A DNA stretch of 63,781 nt, filler included, from Elsinoe ampelina (GCA_010093995.1; 4 parts of 4 records of this genome joined end to end with filler, not necessarily neighbours in it), one strand, 5' to 3'. Positions 24,596 through 37,763 are shown, counted from the whole stretch's first letter. Notes: generated from the sequence alone by a model not told the origin. A program made the numbers and translations.

Positions 24596-26725
24596 GAAGT
24601 TTTCTCTACTCCGTATATAAACCTAGTTAATATATATACTCTAACGCGTAGATAGAGCATGTTTAATTAGCTATTACTTAATTAATACTTTAGTTATAGA
24701 AGTAGCAATTGCTAAATTAAACTCTATAGAGTCTCCTTATATCGCTATAACTACTAGAAATTATAGCGTTAATCGCTTAATACTTAGTAGGAGATAGAAG
24801 AGAATTACTACTACTAGAGGTTAAGTAGTTAAAGATAAGCAATTCCTAACTAAGTAGCAAGAGTAGTAGCTTTTAAAACATATTAGATAGCTCTATAATC
24901 GATATCTACTACCTACACTAGCAATTATAGCTAAGATCGCTACTTAGCTTAGTAGTAGAGCTCCTAGTTATAACTAGTGTTTAAGGTTTGTTAATAGGTA
25001 TAAAGATAAACTAGACTCTTACTATCTTAACAACCTAGATCTAGAAAGGTATTAGGCTAATTCTATAGCTTCCTTTAAGTAATACTTCTCTATTATTAGT
25101 AAGAAAATAGATAAGTACTAGATTCTACCTAAGAATATCTATAATATAGATAAGAAAAGCTTTCTTCTTAGAAGAATTACTAAAGCTAAGCAAGTCTTTC
25201 TAAAGGACCTTAAAGCATCTAAGAAGCTTCTTAGAGCTAGCTAAGATAGATTAAGGGAGTAAATTATAGTTGTAGCTACTATCTACATAGATAGAATAGC
25301 TTTACTCTCTCTCTTAATCTATAATAGCACCTCTAGTTCTATCTAAGACTTATAGGTCTAGGACTTTAATAGTAATAAGTACTAAGCTTAGTTTACCTCT
25401 TTACTAAGTAGCTAGACTTCTAATAAGATTAGTTTTAAGTAGCTAGAAGCCTTGTTTAAGAAGCATACTCGGGATAAAGTAAGAAGAGATTAGAGACTCT
25501 TATTTATTAATAGTTATAGATCTTATATAACTCTAAAGTTCCTTAAATAGGCTTAATAGCATAAGATCCTTATAGCTGTGTATTTTCCTTACTCTATATA
25601 TAGGCTATAGCCTCTAGATATTAGTTACTTTACTCCTCTAGCTACCTATTATAGCTAGCTACTTAAGTAGTAGACTAGGCTCTTAGAGGGCTAGATAAGG
25701 ATAACTAAGAGAGATTTCTTTAAGTGCTTCTATCTAGCTTAGCATAAAGCCTTTATAGATAAGAATATAGCTTCTAGCTAGAGCAAGACTAGCCTATTTC
25801 TCTTTAACTCTCCCTTAGTGCTTAATAAGCTTAGGCTAAGAAGTTAGAGAGAACTAACTCTAAAAGGGCTAAGTAGAGAAGAATTAAGTAGTTCTTCTAC
25901 TTACTAGGACTCTCCTTCTAGCATAAGAAAGCTAAGAGTAATCATTAATAAGACTATTAATAGAAAGACTAAGAAAGTTATTAAGAGGCTTAGTAATAAC
26001 CTCTAGAAGAGTAGGGTAAAGGCCACCCTTAAAAGGCTTAGTAAGTAGTAGGTAATAGAGGCTCTTAGGTATAAGAAGAAGAAGAGGAAGTATAGTAAGA
26101 AGCTTATTAAGTAGTTTAGAGCTAATAAAGGCTCTAGAGTAATTCTGTTTAGCCCTAGTAAGGTAAAAGTAGCCCTTAAGCTTTAAGATAGAAGAGAGTA
26201 AGAGAAGAAGCAAGAGATACAAAATAGAGAGTAGAGGGCTTAAGAGAGGGCTCTTAAGAAGGTTAGAAAGAAGTAGGAAGCTTAGTAGAGGCGTAAGGAT
26301 AGAGCTATTACTTAAGCTACTTATAAGGTAGCTAAAGCTTTAAAGAAGGCTTAGAGAGAGATAGAGAGAGTAGCTAAAAAGGCTTAAAGACAGGCTAAGT
26401 TAAAGCTAAAGGCTTAGAATAGAAGACTAAGAAGTAGGCTAAAGAAGCAGTAGGTATATATAGAGCCTATAGCTATTAAAGAACCTCTAAGGGCTAAGGA
26501 GACACCTATTTAGCTAAAGTTAAGGTTAGAGAGAACTATTTATACTCTAAGGCACCTTTTAGATTAAAACTTCCTCTAATGCTTATAAACACCTTAGACA
26601 ATAAGCTAAATAAAATTAGACTTAATAGTAATCTAATTCATTGCGTAATTAATTAATAAAGTTAAAGGGGAAGAATCCTTAAGGCGTGTATTAATTAGGT
26701 CTATACACGAAGTAGAGAAGACTTT
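24596..26725 (+). mobile_element. RIP-degenerated pogo/Fot1-like (Tc1/mariner superfamily) DNA transposon, full length, nested
   Basis: ~40-bp TIRs (GAAGTTTTCTCTACTCCGT.../...ACGAAGTAGAGAAGACTTT) and TA target duplications at 24594-24595 and 26726-26727. De-RIPped DDE_1 motifs NIYNMDEKGF (~25135), WRLLF.DGH.SH (~25490) and PHSTH.LQPLD..CF.PL (~25590). Confidence 0.92.
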
Positions 26726-26729
26726 TACT

Positions 26730-29700
26730 CTCTTTATTAACTTTTTAATATAGCCTAGGATTCCTAACTCTCCTGTCTATTCTAGTCTACCTACTATATG
26801 TCCTAGTATCCTTACCTTTCCTGTCTATCCTAGTTAACTAGAGTCTTAGCTAGCTTTCTAGTACTACTAGTATACTCTCTATTATCTTAATATCTTTCCT
26901 AGCTATCTTTTTTCCTAGCTAGATCTATCGCTAAATAGCCTACCTCTCTACTAACTCTTCCTATATATTTCTATATCTCTAAATAATATATCTCTATCTA
27001 ATCTAAACCTTTTAGTCTCCTAGCTTTCTTGTCTCTATTCTCCTAACTAGGTAGAAGAGAAGTACTACTATATAGACCTCTTTTAGGAGATTCCTCTACT
27101 AATACTTAGCTCTAGGTACTTTATTGTATATCCTAAAGCCTCTCTTGTTTAACTTTTCTTCTTAGTACCTCTAATATCTAGCCTTAGGCATCTAGCACTA
27201 CTAGTACCTAGTATACTTATCTAGTAGAATCTTCTTATATGCTTTAACACTAAGCTAGAACTTAGCTCTCTTTGCCTAAGACATTCTACTACATAAAGGC
27301 TATATATAATTCTAAGACTTATACTTACCCCTAACCTTATAGAATAGGTAGCTAGACCTCTAGGCTCTTAGCTTTATCTCTAGCTACTCTATAACCTCTC
27401 TGCTCTCTAGTTTCCTCTTAATCCTCTTCCTCTCCTTAAGAATATACTTATGTCTCTACTAAACCTAATCCTAGTACTCTAGGGTTTCTATTATATTTAG
27501 TAGATTCTTAGATATACTTACCTAACTCTTAAACTTATTACTTAAGTTATTCTTATTACTATCTAGCCTAACTCTGTTTATAATTACTATAGGCCCCTTA
27601 CCTAATTCTAGACTTCTATCCTATATGCTATTAGCGTCGCCTTCTTCTATAGAGATAGCTAGCTTAGGAGTAGAATACCTAGGGGACTCTAGCTAATTCT
27701 TAAGCTCCTCTTCTAACATTTTAATGTCCTCCTAAGCTATACTAATAATCCCTAAGGCTTCCTCTCTCTCCCTAAGGGCTACCTCTTACCTCTATAACTC
27801 TATAATCTTCCTAGATAGTTCCTACTCCTTTCTCTCTATATCTGCTAAGTCCTATACTCTCTATGTGCTATATAAACTCTCCCTACTCTAGATAACTTCC
27901 TTCTATTGTCCCTAAAGCTAGCCTAGACTTAGGTAGTCCCTAGAATTCTATACTATAATTCTTCTCCTCTTAGGGCCTACTAACACTCTCTAATATATAT
28001 TATACCTTAGCTCTCTAATCTTATACCCTAGTCTATTACCTCTACTATCTATCTCTCTATTAATAACCTTTCGCCTATAGGAGTCTCTACTAAGGTACTT
28101 CTTTATCTTAGCCTCTATATAGCCCCTTCCTAGTCGAATCCTGTCTCTCCTATGCTCTACTAAAGCTTCTATAATAATAGCCTTACTCTTCTAGCTATCC
28201 CTGCCTACTCTACTACTTTCCTAGATGTAGTTCCTTATCTTACTCCTTATATATATATAAATAACTACTCTAATGTTAGGTATGTTAAGCCTAACACCTA
28301 GAGTATTACTAGCGACCTATATCTTCTCTTTCCCTTCCCGAAGTCTCCTTAGCACCTTTCTCTTAACTTTCTCTAACCTAATCTAAGTATTATAAACCTT
28401 AGCTCTAAGATTATTAGCTATTAGGTTACCCTGCCTAATGTCCCTAATATAGATAATAATCTTCCCTTGCTTATACTCTCTTAGCTTCTACTTAACTACT
28501 CTTCTAACTTCTATTACTTTATCCTATCTATTATACTCTAATACTCTATACTTTAGGTTTTTCCTACTTGTCTCTTCCCTTATAATTCTTAGATCTTCCT
28601 CTCTAAGATTTATAATAGTAAGTAAGTTAGATTTATCCTTTAGCCTTATTATAGCTATAAGGAAGATTAGCTATATCCCCTTATCTACTATACTTACTAG
28701 CTCTAGTATCTTTAGTCTCTAGCCTATAAGGGAGTCTAGGAGTATATAACACTTATTAAGGATAATCCTATCTACCCTACCTATAAGCTTCCTAGACTCT
28801 AGAAACCTCTAGAATTCCTTAGTAATAGCTAATTCTAGGACAACAAAGATAATGTCTACCTAGAAGGTATACTTCTTACTAGACTATTTAGCACTCCTAA
28901 TGCTAGACTAATTACACTTTCTCTTTAGATTATTCTTTAGAGAGACAAGAGAAACAATAACTACTATTAGGCCCCTAGGGACTACCTTTACTAGTAGCAT
29001 AAATAATAAGCTCTTTCTCTTTCCTATGCCTATAATTACTATAAGCCTCTACTCTCTCTTAATAATAGCCTTTAGGGCCTTCTTCTATAGGCCCCGGAAT
29101 ATACTACCTAGCCTATAGAGTTAATATAGTGCCTAGGTAAGCTAGATAGCTCTAATCTTCTTCTAGCGAAGGAACTAGTCTACCTTAAGCTAAAGTTCTT
29201 CTTGTCTCCTAGCCTTAGAGCCTTTAATAGGATCTTCTAGTGTAGAAGAGAAGCTTAGGAACTTATACTAATCTATACTAACCTTCCTAAAGTTTTCCCT
29301 TTCTAATAGAGTACTATTAGGAGACTTAGAGTAGAGGATCCTATACACTAACTCTTCTATCTACTTACTATAGCCTAACTACTTTTCTTTAATGTTTAGG
29401 GATAGTTCTTTGCTCTTTTCTATTAAGCCCTTTACCTAAGCCTTCTCTTTATAGGTAAATAGATTATCTAGGACAGCTCTAGTAGATATATCCCTAGTAT
29501 AGTTCCTCTAGATAGTAGAGTAGACCTGCCTCTAGGATACTATAGTAATCCTAGCCCCTATATAACTAGAAGTCTCTCTACTAAGTACTCTTCTTCTCCT
29601 ATTAGTGCTCTAGAATCTATTAAGGTTCTTAGGCTGTCTAGCTAGTAGTTCTAGTAGTAAGGTCTCTACTAACTCTCTTACCTCTTTATCTTAACTAGTA

Positions 29701-32105
29701 ACATCTATAAGTTCTCCCCTATTAGACTTAGAGCTATAATTTTCTACCTCCTTATTACTCTACTTAGCCTTAGGTTCTAGCTCCTAGAGATACCTACTAT
29801 TCTTATAGTTGCCTCTCTAGAAGCTATCTAGCTGCCTACTAAAAGGTCTTATAAGCTAGAGATAATATACTACTAACTAGCTAACTTTCTAAGGGACATA
29901 TCTATATACTATCCTTGCTCTACTCTTAATCCTAGATACCTTATAATAGAATAATATAAAGCTAACTAGGCCTCTATTTAGGAATATTCCTCTACCTATT
30001 CTCCTATTAGAGCTATTCTAGCACTTAATACTAACTATCTCCGTGCCTCTAGTAGAAGCACCTCTAGTAAGATATACTAGGACAAATAGTTCTTTCTTAA
30101 ATTTCCTAAGCTAAGAGACCTATTCCTTAACTATATCCTAGTTTAGGAGAAAGCCTTTACTACCTTAAGGTCTACTAATGTACCTTAGTAGCCTCTAAGC
30201 TAGCTAGGATAACCTATCTATAGACTATTAATTACTCTAGAGAGTAAGAAAGCTAAAGCCTTCTCTTATCTCTCCTAGGGAGTCCTATAGGTTCCTAAGC
30301 TCTAGGGATAGTAGTTCTTATCTCTTTTTATCTTCCTCTCCTAAATATATTAAGTTAATTCTTATACGCCTCTAGCAGGTTACTAGTAACCTATAAATAG
30401 TTATCTTTAGGTTAGGTATAGAGAACTTAACCTTATTAACTATAATTACTTCACTTTCCTAGGCAATTCTAGCTAGACCCTTAGTGGTGTTCCTAACCTC
30501 CCTACTATACTTAAGTATCCTAACTAGCCTATCTATTACATTTAGTCGCCTATAGAAGCTAGTAATAGCTATAAACTTCTAGACTGTCTCCTATACCCTT
30601 ATAAGAATTCCTAGTACTATCTCCTTAGCCTTAGACCTATTAAGCTCCTTAGCTTTAACTAGGTTGTCTATCTTATCTTTCCTTTACTTCTATACTTGTC
30701 TAACTACTAGTGCCTTGCTAATAGTTACTAGAGCTACAATAGTAGAGCTAAAGTTCTTAGGTCTAGTCTAGCTTCTATCTTTAGTATTTAAGCTAAGAAT
30801 AGTAAGTCTACTAACTAGAGTACTTTTATAATAATTATTACTAAGCTTATGCTAGAACATAGATAGCTAGAATTGCCTAAGACTCTTAACTAGTTAGCTT
30901 CTAATGTTATTATCTCTATTATTTCGTCTTACTAAGTCTATAATATTTATTAGGAATATCCTCTATGTAGTTAGTAGCTTATATCCTAGTCTATCTCCCT
31001 TAGCTAGGTCCTAGGTCCTCTAGATAAACCTTAGTAGCTTTACCTAAACATTAGTATAGTTCCTAATAGTACTAACTTTATACTTAGAATAGAATAGTTA
31101 CTAGTCCTTACTTTCGCTAACCTCTAGTCTTTTAATAAACTCTAGAACTATATTTCCTACTATAGACTACTTAGTAGTCTTTATATAGAGTCTAATAAGT
31201 ATGCTAGTTGCCCCACTAGCTCTTAGTAGCCTAGTATCTCTCTCCTATACCTCCTAATTAGTAAAGTGCCTAAAGCAACTATCTCTCTTAGCCTATACTT
31301 GTCCTTAAGCTTCTACTTATTCCTCTATTATTAGGTATACTCTATACTTTATCCTATAACTATAGGATGTTCTAGCTCTAGGGAGCTAATATAGCTAAAG
31401 AATAGAATCCTAACTAGGGGGAGTAATAGCCTATAGGACCTAGAGCTACTTAAATCCTATAAGATGCTAGATCTAACCTGTTATTTCTAGCTAGGGATTA
31501 ACCTTATATCTATTTCCTAGACCTTAAATGACCTTCTAGTTATTTCTTCTACTTAGGGTGTCCTAATAGATTCCTAACTATATATTAACTCTATCCTTAG
31601 GTCTTTTCTATGCTACTTCTATATCTAGAACTTAAACCTAGAAAGACTTTTACTAGGCTTTATTCTAAAAGAACTTCTAGCTCTAGATACTACTAACCTA
31701 TATCTTATTACTCCTTAGTCTTACTCTCTAAGCCTTACTCCCTTCCCTAGACTTATTACTCTTCTAGTTATACTTCTAGCTATAGTGCTATTATATAACC
31801 TTAATATACTAGGTAATATAGCTATACTGTCCTTCCTAAGTATCTCTATAGACATACTTAAAGCCTAGACCTTAAATAGGTAGTTCTAGAATTGCTTCTA
31901 CTATAGGGTAGAGGTACTAGATATCTAATTTCTTCCTTGCTAAATTTGGTATATCTTCTACTATACTAATAATGTTCTACTACCTATTCTTTACTAGGGA
32001 AGAGTAATACTTCTTTAGGTAGAAAGTAACCTAATTAGGGATTATAGCAAACCTGTAATCTATATAGATAATTACTTTAAACTACTAGAAGTACTTAAAG
32101 GGTAT
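26730..32105 (-). pseudogene. Telomere-linked RecQ-family helicase (TLH-like), ~1790-codon ORF relic destroyed by RIP
   Basis: De-RIPped motifs: N-terminal C-x2-C...H zinc domain; HLTGGAPARGTE; YHK...HRYVP; Walker A MGTG.GKSLLFMLP; VVIVPLVSL; DECH; LTAT; VA.NALGVGLDIP.IRVVIH; YIQESGRAGRDG; CRR...C....CD.C. Those whose frame I checked share one frame. Transcribed toward the telomere. Ends are approximate. Confidence 0.85.
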
Positions 32106-34895
32106 TTCTTCTACTAGGTAAGGATAGGAAACCTAGGGGGAGACCTATAGTTCTTACTAGGATACTATAGTAGATAGGAGTAAACTAAATAGATCTAGGA
32201 AGTATTAAATAGTAGTACCTTTTATATAAAGCTTAGTATTCTACATAGAGACTTAACCTTTATTAGAGAACCTCTAAAGCCCTAGACTACTCTTCTAAGG
32301 TTCTAAGGGATAGTAGATCTTAGATGTTTAGTAGACTAAGACGTAGAGAACTTAGGGTTTAGGCCCTAAGGTTAGTAGGCCTAGACAAATTAGGAAGCTA
32401 CTATGCTAGACATAAATTAAAAAAATATAGTCTAAGTTTTTTAGAGTTAGAGTAGGCTTTATACTTAACTAAGAACGTAAGGATAGCTTAACTAGAGAAA
32501 TTCTTGCCGATTAGATAGAATTAGGCAAAATAGTAACTACACTTATGTTAGCTAATAATAAGGCCCCTATATATAGTAGGCTTAGGTAGATTAGGATACT
32601 CTAGTAGCATAGGGCAACTACTCTAATAGTTAGAAATACTTAGCTTAAAATCCTAAGGTAAGTAAGTCTAGGCGAATTAGGAGAATATTATATTAGGTAT
32701 AAATTATAGAAAGACCCTAAGATTGCCCTAACTCTTAGCTAAGCTTAGAATTCTAACCTAAGGTTAGAAGGTTTAGGCATATTAGAAAGACACTATATTA
32801 CTTATATATTATAGAAACACTAGGAAATTTAATAGACTATTAGTAAAGATTTCTAATTTAGAACTAGAGTTATAATATCTAGGAGCTTACTAGCCTATTA
32901 TAACATCTAGAACACTTAGACTAAGCTATCTAAACCCTAGGAAAGCTACTTACTTACTCTACACTTAAGAAAACTAAGAGAGCTAGCTACTTTATCCTAA
33001 TATTCCCTAAAGTTGCCCTAAGGCCATATATAATCCTAACTAGCCCTAAGCCTTATTAAAGATAAGCCTAGACTTAGTAAGATCTAGGAGCTCGTCCTAC
33101 TCTACTAGGTAGCCCCTGTCCCTTAGAGTAGTTACCTAAGCCTTAATATTGTCTAGGAGAGCTAGGAAATTGTCTAGGGCGCGCTAGTTCTTAGAAGAGT
33201 TAGAGTTGTTAGAAAGCTTAATTAGGAAGCTCCTAGTAGCCTTATCGTCGGTTAGGAGACCTCTAAGGCGTCTTATAGGTCTAGAAGCCCTAGGACGTAT
33301 AGGGGTAGAGTTAGTAGAGAGGCGTCTAGAAGCTCTCTAGTAGTCTAGGACTTATATTAGTTAGGATCGATTAGGAAACTTAGAAATACATACTAGATAA
33401 GCTATAGCTATAGTAATTATTCTAGAAGCTATAGTTAGTATAGAAGCCCCTTAGGAGTATAGTGCTATTAGAAGTAGTTATAGTAACATAGGAGTTATAT
33501 TTACTATTCCCCTAAGTATAGAAAGTACACTCCTAACTAGCTAGGTAGATAGTATACCTAGAAGCGCTATAGACAAGCAGAGAAACTAGGTAGTTAGTGT
33601 TAGATCTAGAAAGGTTTATAGTTGTTCTAGGAGTCCTTAGGTTAATAGGCTAGTTAAGCTAGAACTTAGGACCGGTCCTAGCGAAGACCTAGAGATTAGC
33701 GTTAACTAGGGGTTTAACCTAGGCGTCTAGGGAATTACGCTAGGCTATATTAAGTCCCTAGAGGTTAGCCTAGACCTACTAGGTAAAGGGAAGAGTTATA
33801 GGAACCTAGGTATAGCCTAGAAGTGTTAGTGAAATCAGGATATATATTAGAGGCTTAGGGCTTACTTAGGGTATTTAGATTAGTAACTCTGTCTCTAGTA
33901 GTAGCTAGGAAGGTTATAGGAGTCCTAGTATATAAGGCTTTAGGAGCTATAATAGTTGCTAGAAGCGCTAGGCTTAGGAAGTTATTTAGGAAGGAAGGCA
34001 AAATTATAGAAGAGCTAGGAGGTTAGAACTAGAAGTTATAGTTAGTTAAGGTTCTTAGGAAGGCTTACATTTACTAAAGGTCCTTATTTAAGGCCTCTTA
34101 GTAGAGTCAAAGTAGCAGAGATAAGATCTATAGGCTAAATAGAGCTATATATATTACTATAAAGACTACTAGGCTTATTAGTATAAAGGGCTACTAGGTA
34201 TATCTATCTCTTACTAGTAAAAAGCTCTATAAAAGCTATAAAGGCTATAAAGGCTATAGGTAAGCTATAAAGCTAGTTCTTTCTAGAGCTAATTAGAAGC
34301 TATTTAATCTCTATAGTAGCATCTCTAGCTACTTTAACTCTCTTAAAGGGACTAGATAAGGATCTAGCTATAATAGGGCAAACTTACTATAATAAAAATA
34401 ATAAAAAGAGAAAGGAAGAAAGCTAGAGAGAATAAAAGAGATATATAAGATCTATAAGTTATGCTAGGTAGCTAGGCATATAAAACAAAAAGTAATATAA
34501 TAATAAAGAAGTATATAAATATAGCATGTAAAAGGCCTAGGTTATAATCCCTAGAGACTTAGGATATACTAACTAATGCCTAGCTACTAGAGGCTAAACT
34601 AGGAATACTTACTAACAATTCCTTATAAAAGTTTATTATTGCCTAGAGCAATATAACAATAGGTAATATAATAGGAATAATAGCCTAAACCTTTAGGTAG
34701 ATAGACTTATAATTATAGCTCTATACTCTAGTAGAACTATAAGCCCTTAAGAATTCTATTCTAACTCCTACCGATATAATATACTTACTAGATCTAAATC
34801 TAGTATTATAAAAAGCTATTAAATATCAATCTAGCTGTCCTAAGAACCCTAGACCCCAGAAAATAATAGAGAAATACTAAGAGGTAGTTAAAAAA

Positions 34896-35465
34896 GACAA
34901 AGACAAAAGAGGAGGTAGGTATTTCTACTAAAGATCCTAGTTGTCTATTATTTAATTAAGAATTATAAGCTCTAGAATTTCCCTAATAACTCTAGGAGCG
35001 ATATCTATATATACAATCTAAGTACTATAGAGTTATCTATAATTCTTAGACCTTCTATTTGCTAGGAAATTTATTCTGCTTTAATATGTATTCTATGTCT
35101 GTCTACTAGTCTACCTAGGCCTCTTTAAATTTATAGAGATGTTCTAGAGTTTCTAACTGTTAGGAGTAAAGCTACTAAGACCTCTACTCTATATTTTCTT
35201 AGGAACTTTAAAAGATTTTTAGGACAGTCCTAGCATACTATAACCTAGATTCTAGGAGTAATACTCGATAATTCTAGATAATACTAAGTATTATAGAGGA
35301 CCTAGGTAATATAAGTAATCTCTAAAAAATTTAGAGGGAAAAAATCTTAGAAAGTTCTAAAAAATAGAGGTTAGGAATCCTATTAGAATCTAGGAAAATA
35401 CCCTAACTCTGCTCTAGTAAAACTATTAGAATATACTTTTCCTCCTAAGACATATAGTGTCTAGA
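34896..35465 (+). repeat. 570-bp direct repeat, centromere-proximal copy (may extend further left)
   Basis: Matches 18381-18950; similarity ends abruptly after AGTGTC(C/T)AGA. Confidence 0.93.
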
Positions 35466-35870
35466 GTTAATCTTATAGCTTATTAAGATAAGTAGTTAAT
35501 ATATTAGTAAGGTAAGTAAAGAGCTAAGTCTTAAGAAAGAAAGTAAACTACTAAGTATACTAAATATATATTAAAATAGAAAAATAAAGCTCTCTAAAGA
35601 ACTTAAGAGATAGTTAAATATTATAGATAGTTAAGTAAGTAATATATAGCTTATAGTAGACTATATAGTTACTATAGCTATTAGTAAGAAGAATAATAAG
35701 GTTAGCTAGCTTAGCCTTATTAAGATAGTAAGTAACTATAGTAATATATAGAAGTAAAGAGATAACTATTATAGCTTTTTTAAGCTTTAAAAACTAACTA
35801 GATTTAGCTATTTAAACAACTATATAGCAAATAATCGATCTCGACCTCTAGCTAGCTAATTTTAGTAACG
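35466..35870. repeat. Unclassified RIP-degenerated repeat fragment
   Basis: TpA-rich and CpA/TpG-depleted; no family motif recognised. Confidence 0.55.
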
Positions 35871-36014
35871 TAAGGTCGTTTAGCGTTCCGCCAAGGCTAG
35901 GGTAGCCGGCTTGAATCCGAAACAGCTATAACGCCGAGACTGAAAATCTTAGTATAGGCCGACTAACCGCCTCGAATTGTGCCCTTTACTAAAGTCATTT
36001 CGAGCCATTCCACA

Positions 36015-37763
36015 ATGATAGACACACCTAGCTCACAGTCTTCCAAAACGCAGGCAGCGATCGTGTCGAGACACCTTCCCGCCGGGTACTCAGCACAATT
36101 TGATGCTGACGCCTCAAGTGCCGTCGTCGAAAATTCAGCCGAGGTGGAGAACGGAAGTCAGCAACCAGGCCAGGAATCGTCGCTCAAACTACAAGGTGGC
36201 GATATTCACAGGGATCTGTTTCGACTGCGAGAACGCCCCCGGGATGCTTCTCTACAAAGATCAAGGACATTCGGCCACTATTCGACTCTGAACGATGATC
36301 GTGAGGCGCCCGAAGATGGAGGAGCCGCCGACCATCAGACCCCGGGTGCTTTCCGACGACAATTCGTACAGCGCAAGGCTTCAAGATTCAGCACAACGAA
36401 CCTGCCCGTCACGAGGGATTTCATCGAATTCCTGGATCTCTACGGAAGTTTTGCTGGCGAAGAGCTCGGCGAGTCAGACGACGAAGACGCCAGCGTGAAC
36501 GAGCCCGACAACGACACTTCCAGACCAAGTGAGAGACGTCCACTGCTGGGCACTCGAAAGTCAACCCGTCGTGGTGCCAAAGCCGGCGATGCGGGCACCA
36601 CCAAGACCTTCTTCACACTGCTCAAAGCATTCATTGGCACCGGCATCATGTTTCTACCAAAGGCTTTCAACAACGGAGGTATTCTGTTCTCGTCTATCGT
36701 TCTGCTCTCGGTCGCCGCTATATCCATGCTGGCCTTCCACCTCTTGCTGCAATGCAGGACAAAGTACGGCGGCGGTTATGGTGATCTTGGAAAGGCCATC
36801 GCAGGGCCGAGAGCACGATCTCTCATTCTCGCCTCCATTACACTCTCGCAACTCGGTTTCGTCTGCGCCGGCATTGTCTTCGTCGCCCAAAACCTCTACT
36901 CGTTCTCGGTGGCAGTCGCCGAGACCGACTCGTCCCCAATCCCAATGCGGGCGCTGATAGCCATACAAGCCATTGTGCTCATTCCGCTCGCCTTCATCCG
37001 CAACATCTCCAAGCTTGGTCCCGCTGCTCTTCTCGCTGATGCCTTTATCCTGATTGGCCTCACATATATTTACCAATTTGACATATCCACCATCGCCCAT
37101 TCTGGTATCGCTCCATCTGTACGACTTTTCAACCCAGACTCATTCACCTTGACCATCGGCTCTGCCATCTTCACGTTCGAAGGTATCGGCCTCATTCTTC
37201 CTATCCAGTCCTCGATGAAGAAGCCCGAACGCTTCGAGTACTTACTTGGCATCGTCATGTTCCTTGCCACATCCATCTTCGCTTCTGTCGGAGTTCTCTG
37301 CTACGCAACCTTTGGCGAAGACACCAAGATCGAGATCATCTCCAATTATCCTCAGACCGACAAGCTTGTCAACGCGGTCCAGTTTCTATACTCGATCGCC
37401 GTCCTCGTCGGCAATCCGGTCCAACTCTTCCCCGCCATTCGCATCCTCGAAGGCGCCATCTTTGGTCATCTCTCTGGGAAGAAAGACACCCGCACGAAGT
37501 GGATCAAAAACGCCTTTCGATCGGGGCTAGTCCTGCTGTGCGTAGGCATCTCCATAGCAGGTGCATCGGATCTGGATCGCTTCGTTGCCTTGATTGGTTC
37601 CTTTGCATGCGTTCCTCTTGTGTATATATACCCGCCATTCTTGCATTACAAGGGCGTGGCGACGAGCAAGCTTGCAAAGGCTGGCGATATTGCGTTTGTG
37701 GTTCTGGGTCTGGTGGCAATGGCGTACACGACGGTCGTGACTGTAGCGAATAGTTTCTCTTAG
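36015..37763 (+). CDS. Amino acid transporter, Aa_trans family (vacuolar Avt3/Avt4-like), 582 aa
   Basis: Motifs LQGGDIHRDL, PGAFRRQF, FIEFLDLYGSFAGEEL, LLKAFIGTGIMFLPKAF and IFTFEGIGLILPI, with many TM segments. First ATG in the ORF is at 36015. Confidence 0.9.
   Translation: MIDTPSSQSSKTQAAIVSRHLPAGYSAQFDADASSAVVENSAEVENGSQQPGQESSLKLQGGDIHRDLFRLRERPRDASLQRSRTFGHYSTLNDDREAPEDGGAADHQTPGAFRRQFVQRKASRFSTTNLPVTRDFIEFLDLYGSFAGEELGESDDEDASVNEPDNDTSRPSERRPLLGTRKSTRRGAKAGDAGTTKTFFTLLKAFIGTGIMFLPKAFNNGGILFSSIVLLSVAAISMLAFHLLLQCRTKYGGGYGDLGKAIAGPRARSLILASITLSQLGFVCAGIVFVAQNLYSFSVAVAETDSSPIPMRALIAIQAIVLIPLAFIRNISKLGPAALLADAFILIGLTYIYQFDISTIAHSGIAPSVRLFNPDSFTLTIGSAIFTFEGIGLILPIQSSMKKPERFEYLLGIVMFLATSIFASVGVLCYATFGEDTKIEIISNYPQTDKLVNAVQFLYSIAVLVGNPVQLFPAIRILEGAIFGHLSGKKDTRTKWIKNAFRSGLVLLCVGISIAGASDLDRFVALIGSFACVPLVYIYPPFLHYKGVATSKLAKAGDIAFVVLGLVAMAYTTVVTVANSFS

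Larger units (their letters stand above)
18381..35465 (-). mobile_element. RIP-degenerated ~17 kb subtelomeric element encoding a telomere-linked RecQ helicase, bounded by a 570-bp direct repeat
   Basis: 18381-18950 recurs at 34896-35465 with offset 16515 at both ends. The interior holds the helicase ORF relic and minisatellites. 28443-34301 is duplicated at 48878-54736. Mobility is inferred, not shown. Confidence 0.7.

Noticed and set aside
25932..26222. 96-aa Leu-rich ORF
   Set aside because: Antisense to the dead pogo transposase; a compositional artefact.
18381..35465. Starship element or LTR retrotransposon
   Set aside because: No stand-alone DUF3435 captain at the boundary and no gag/RT/integrase motifs were recognised; the repeat also lacks evident TG...CA ends.
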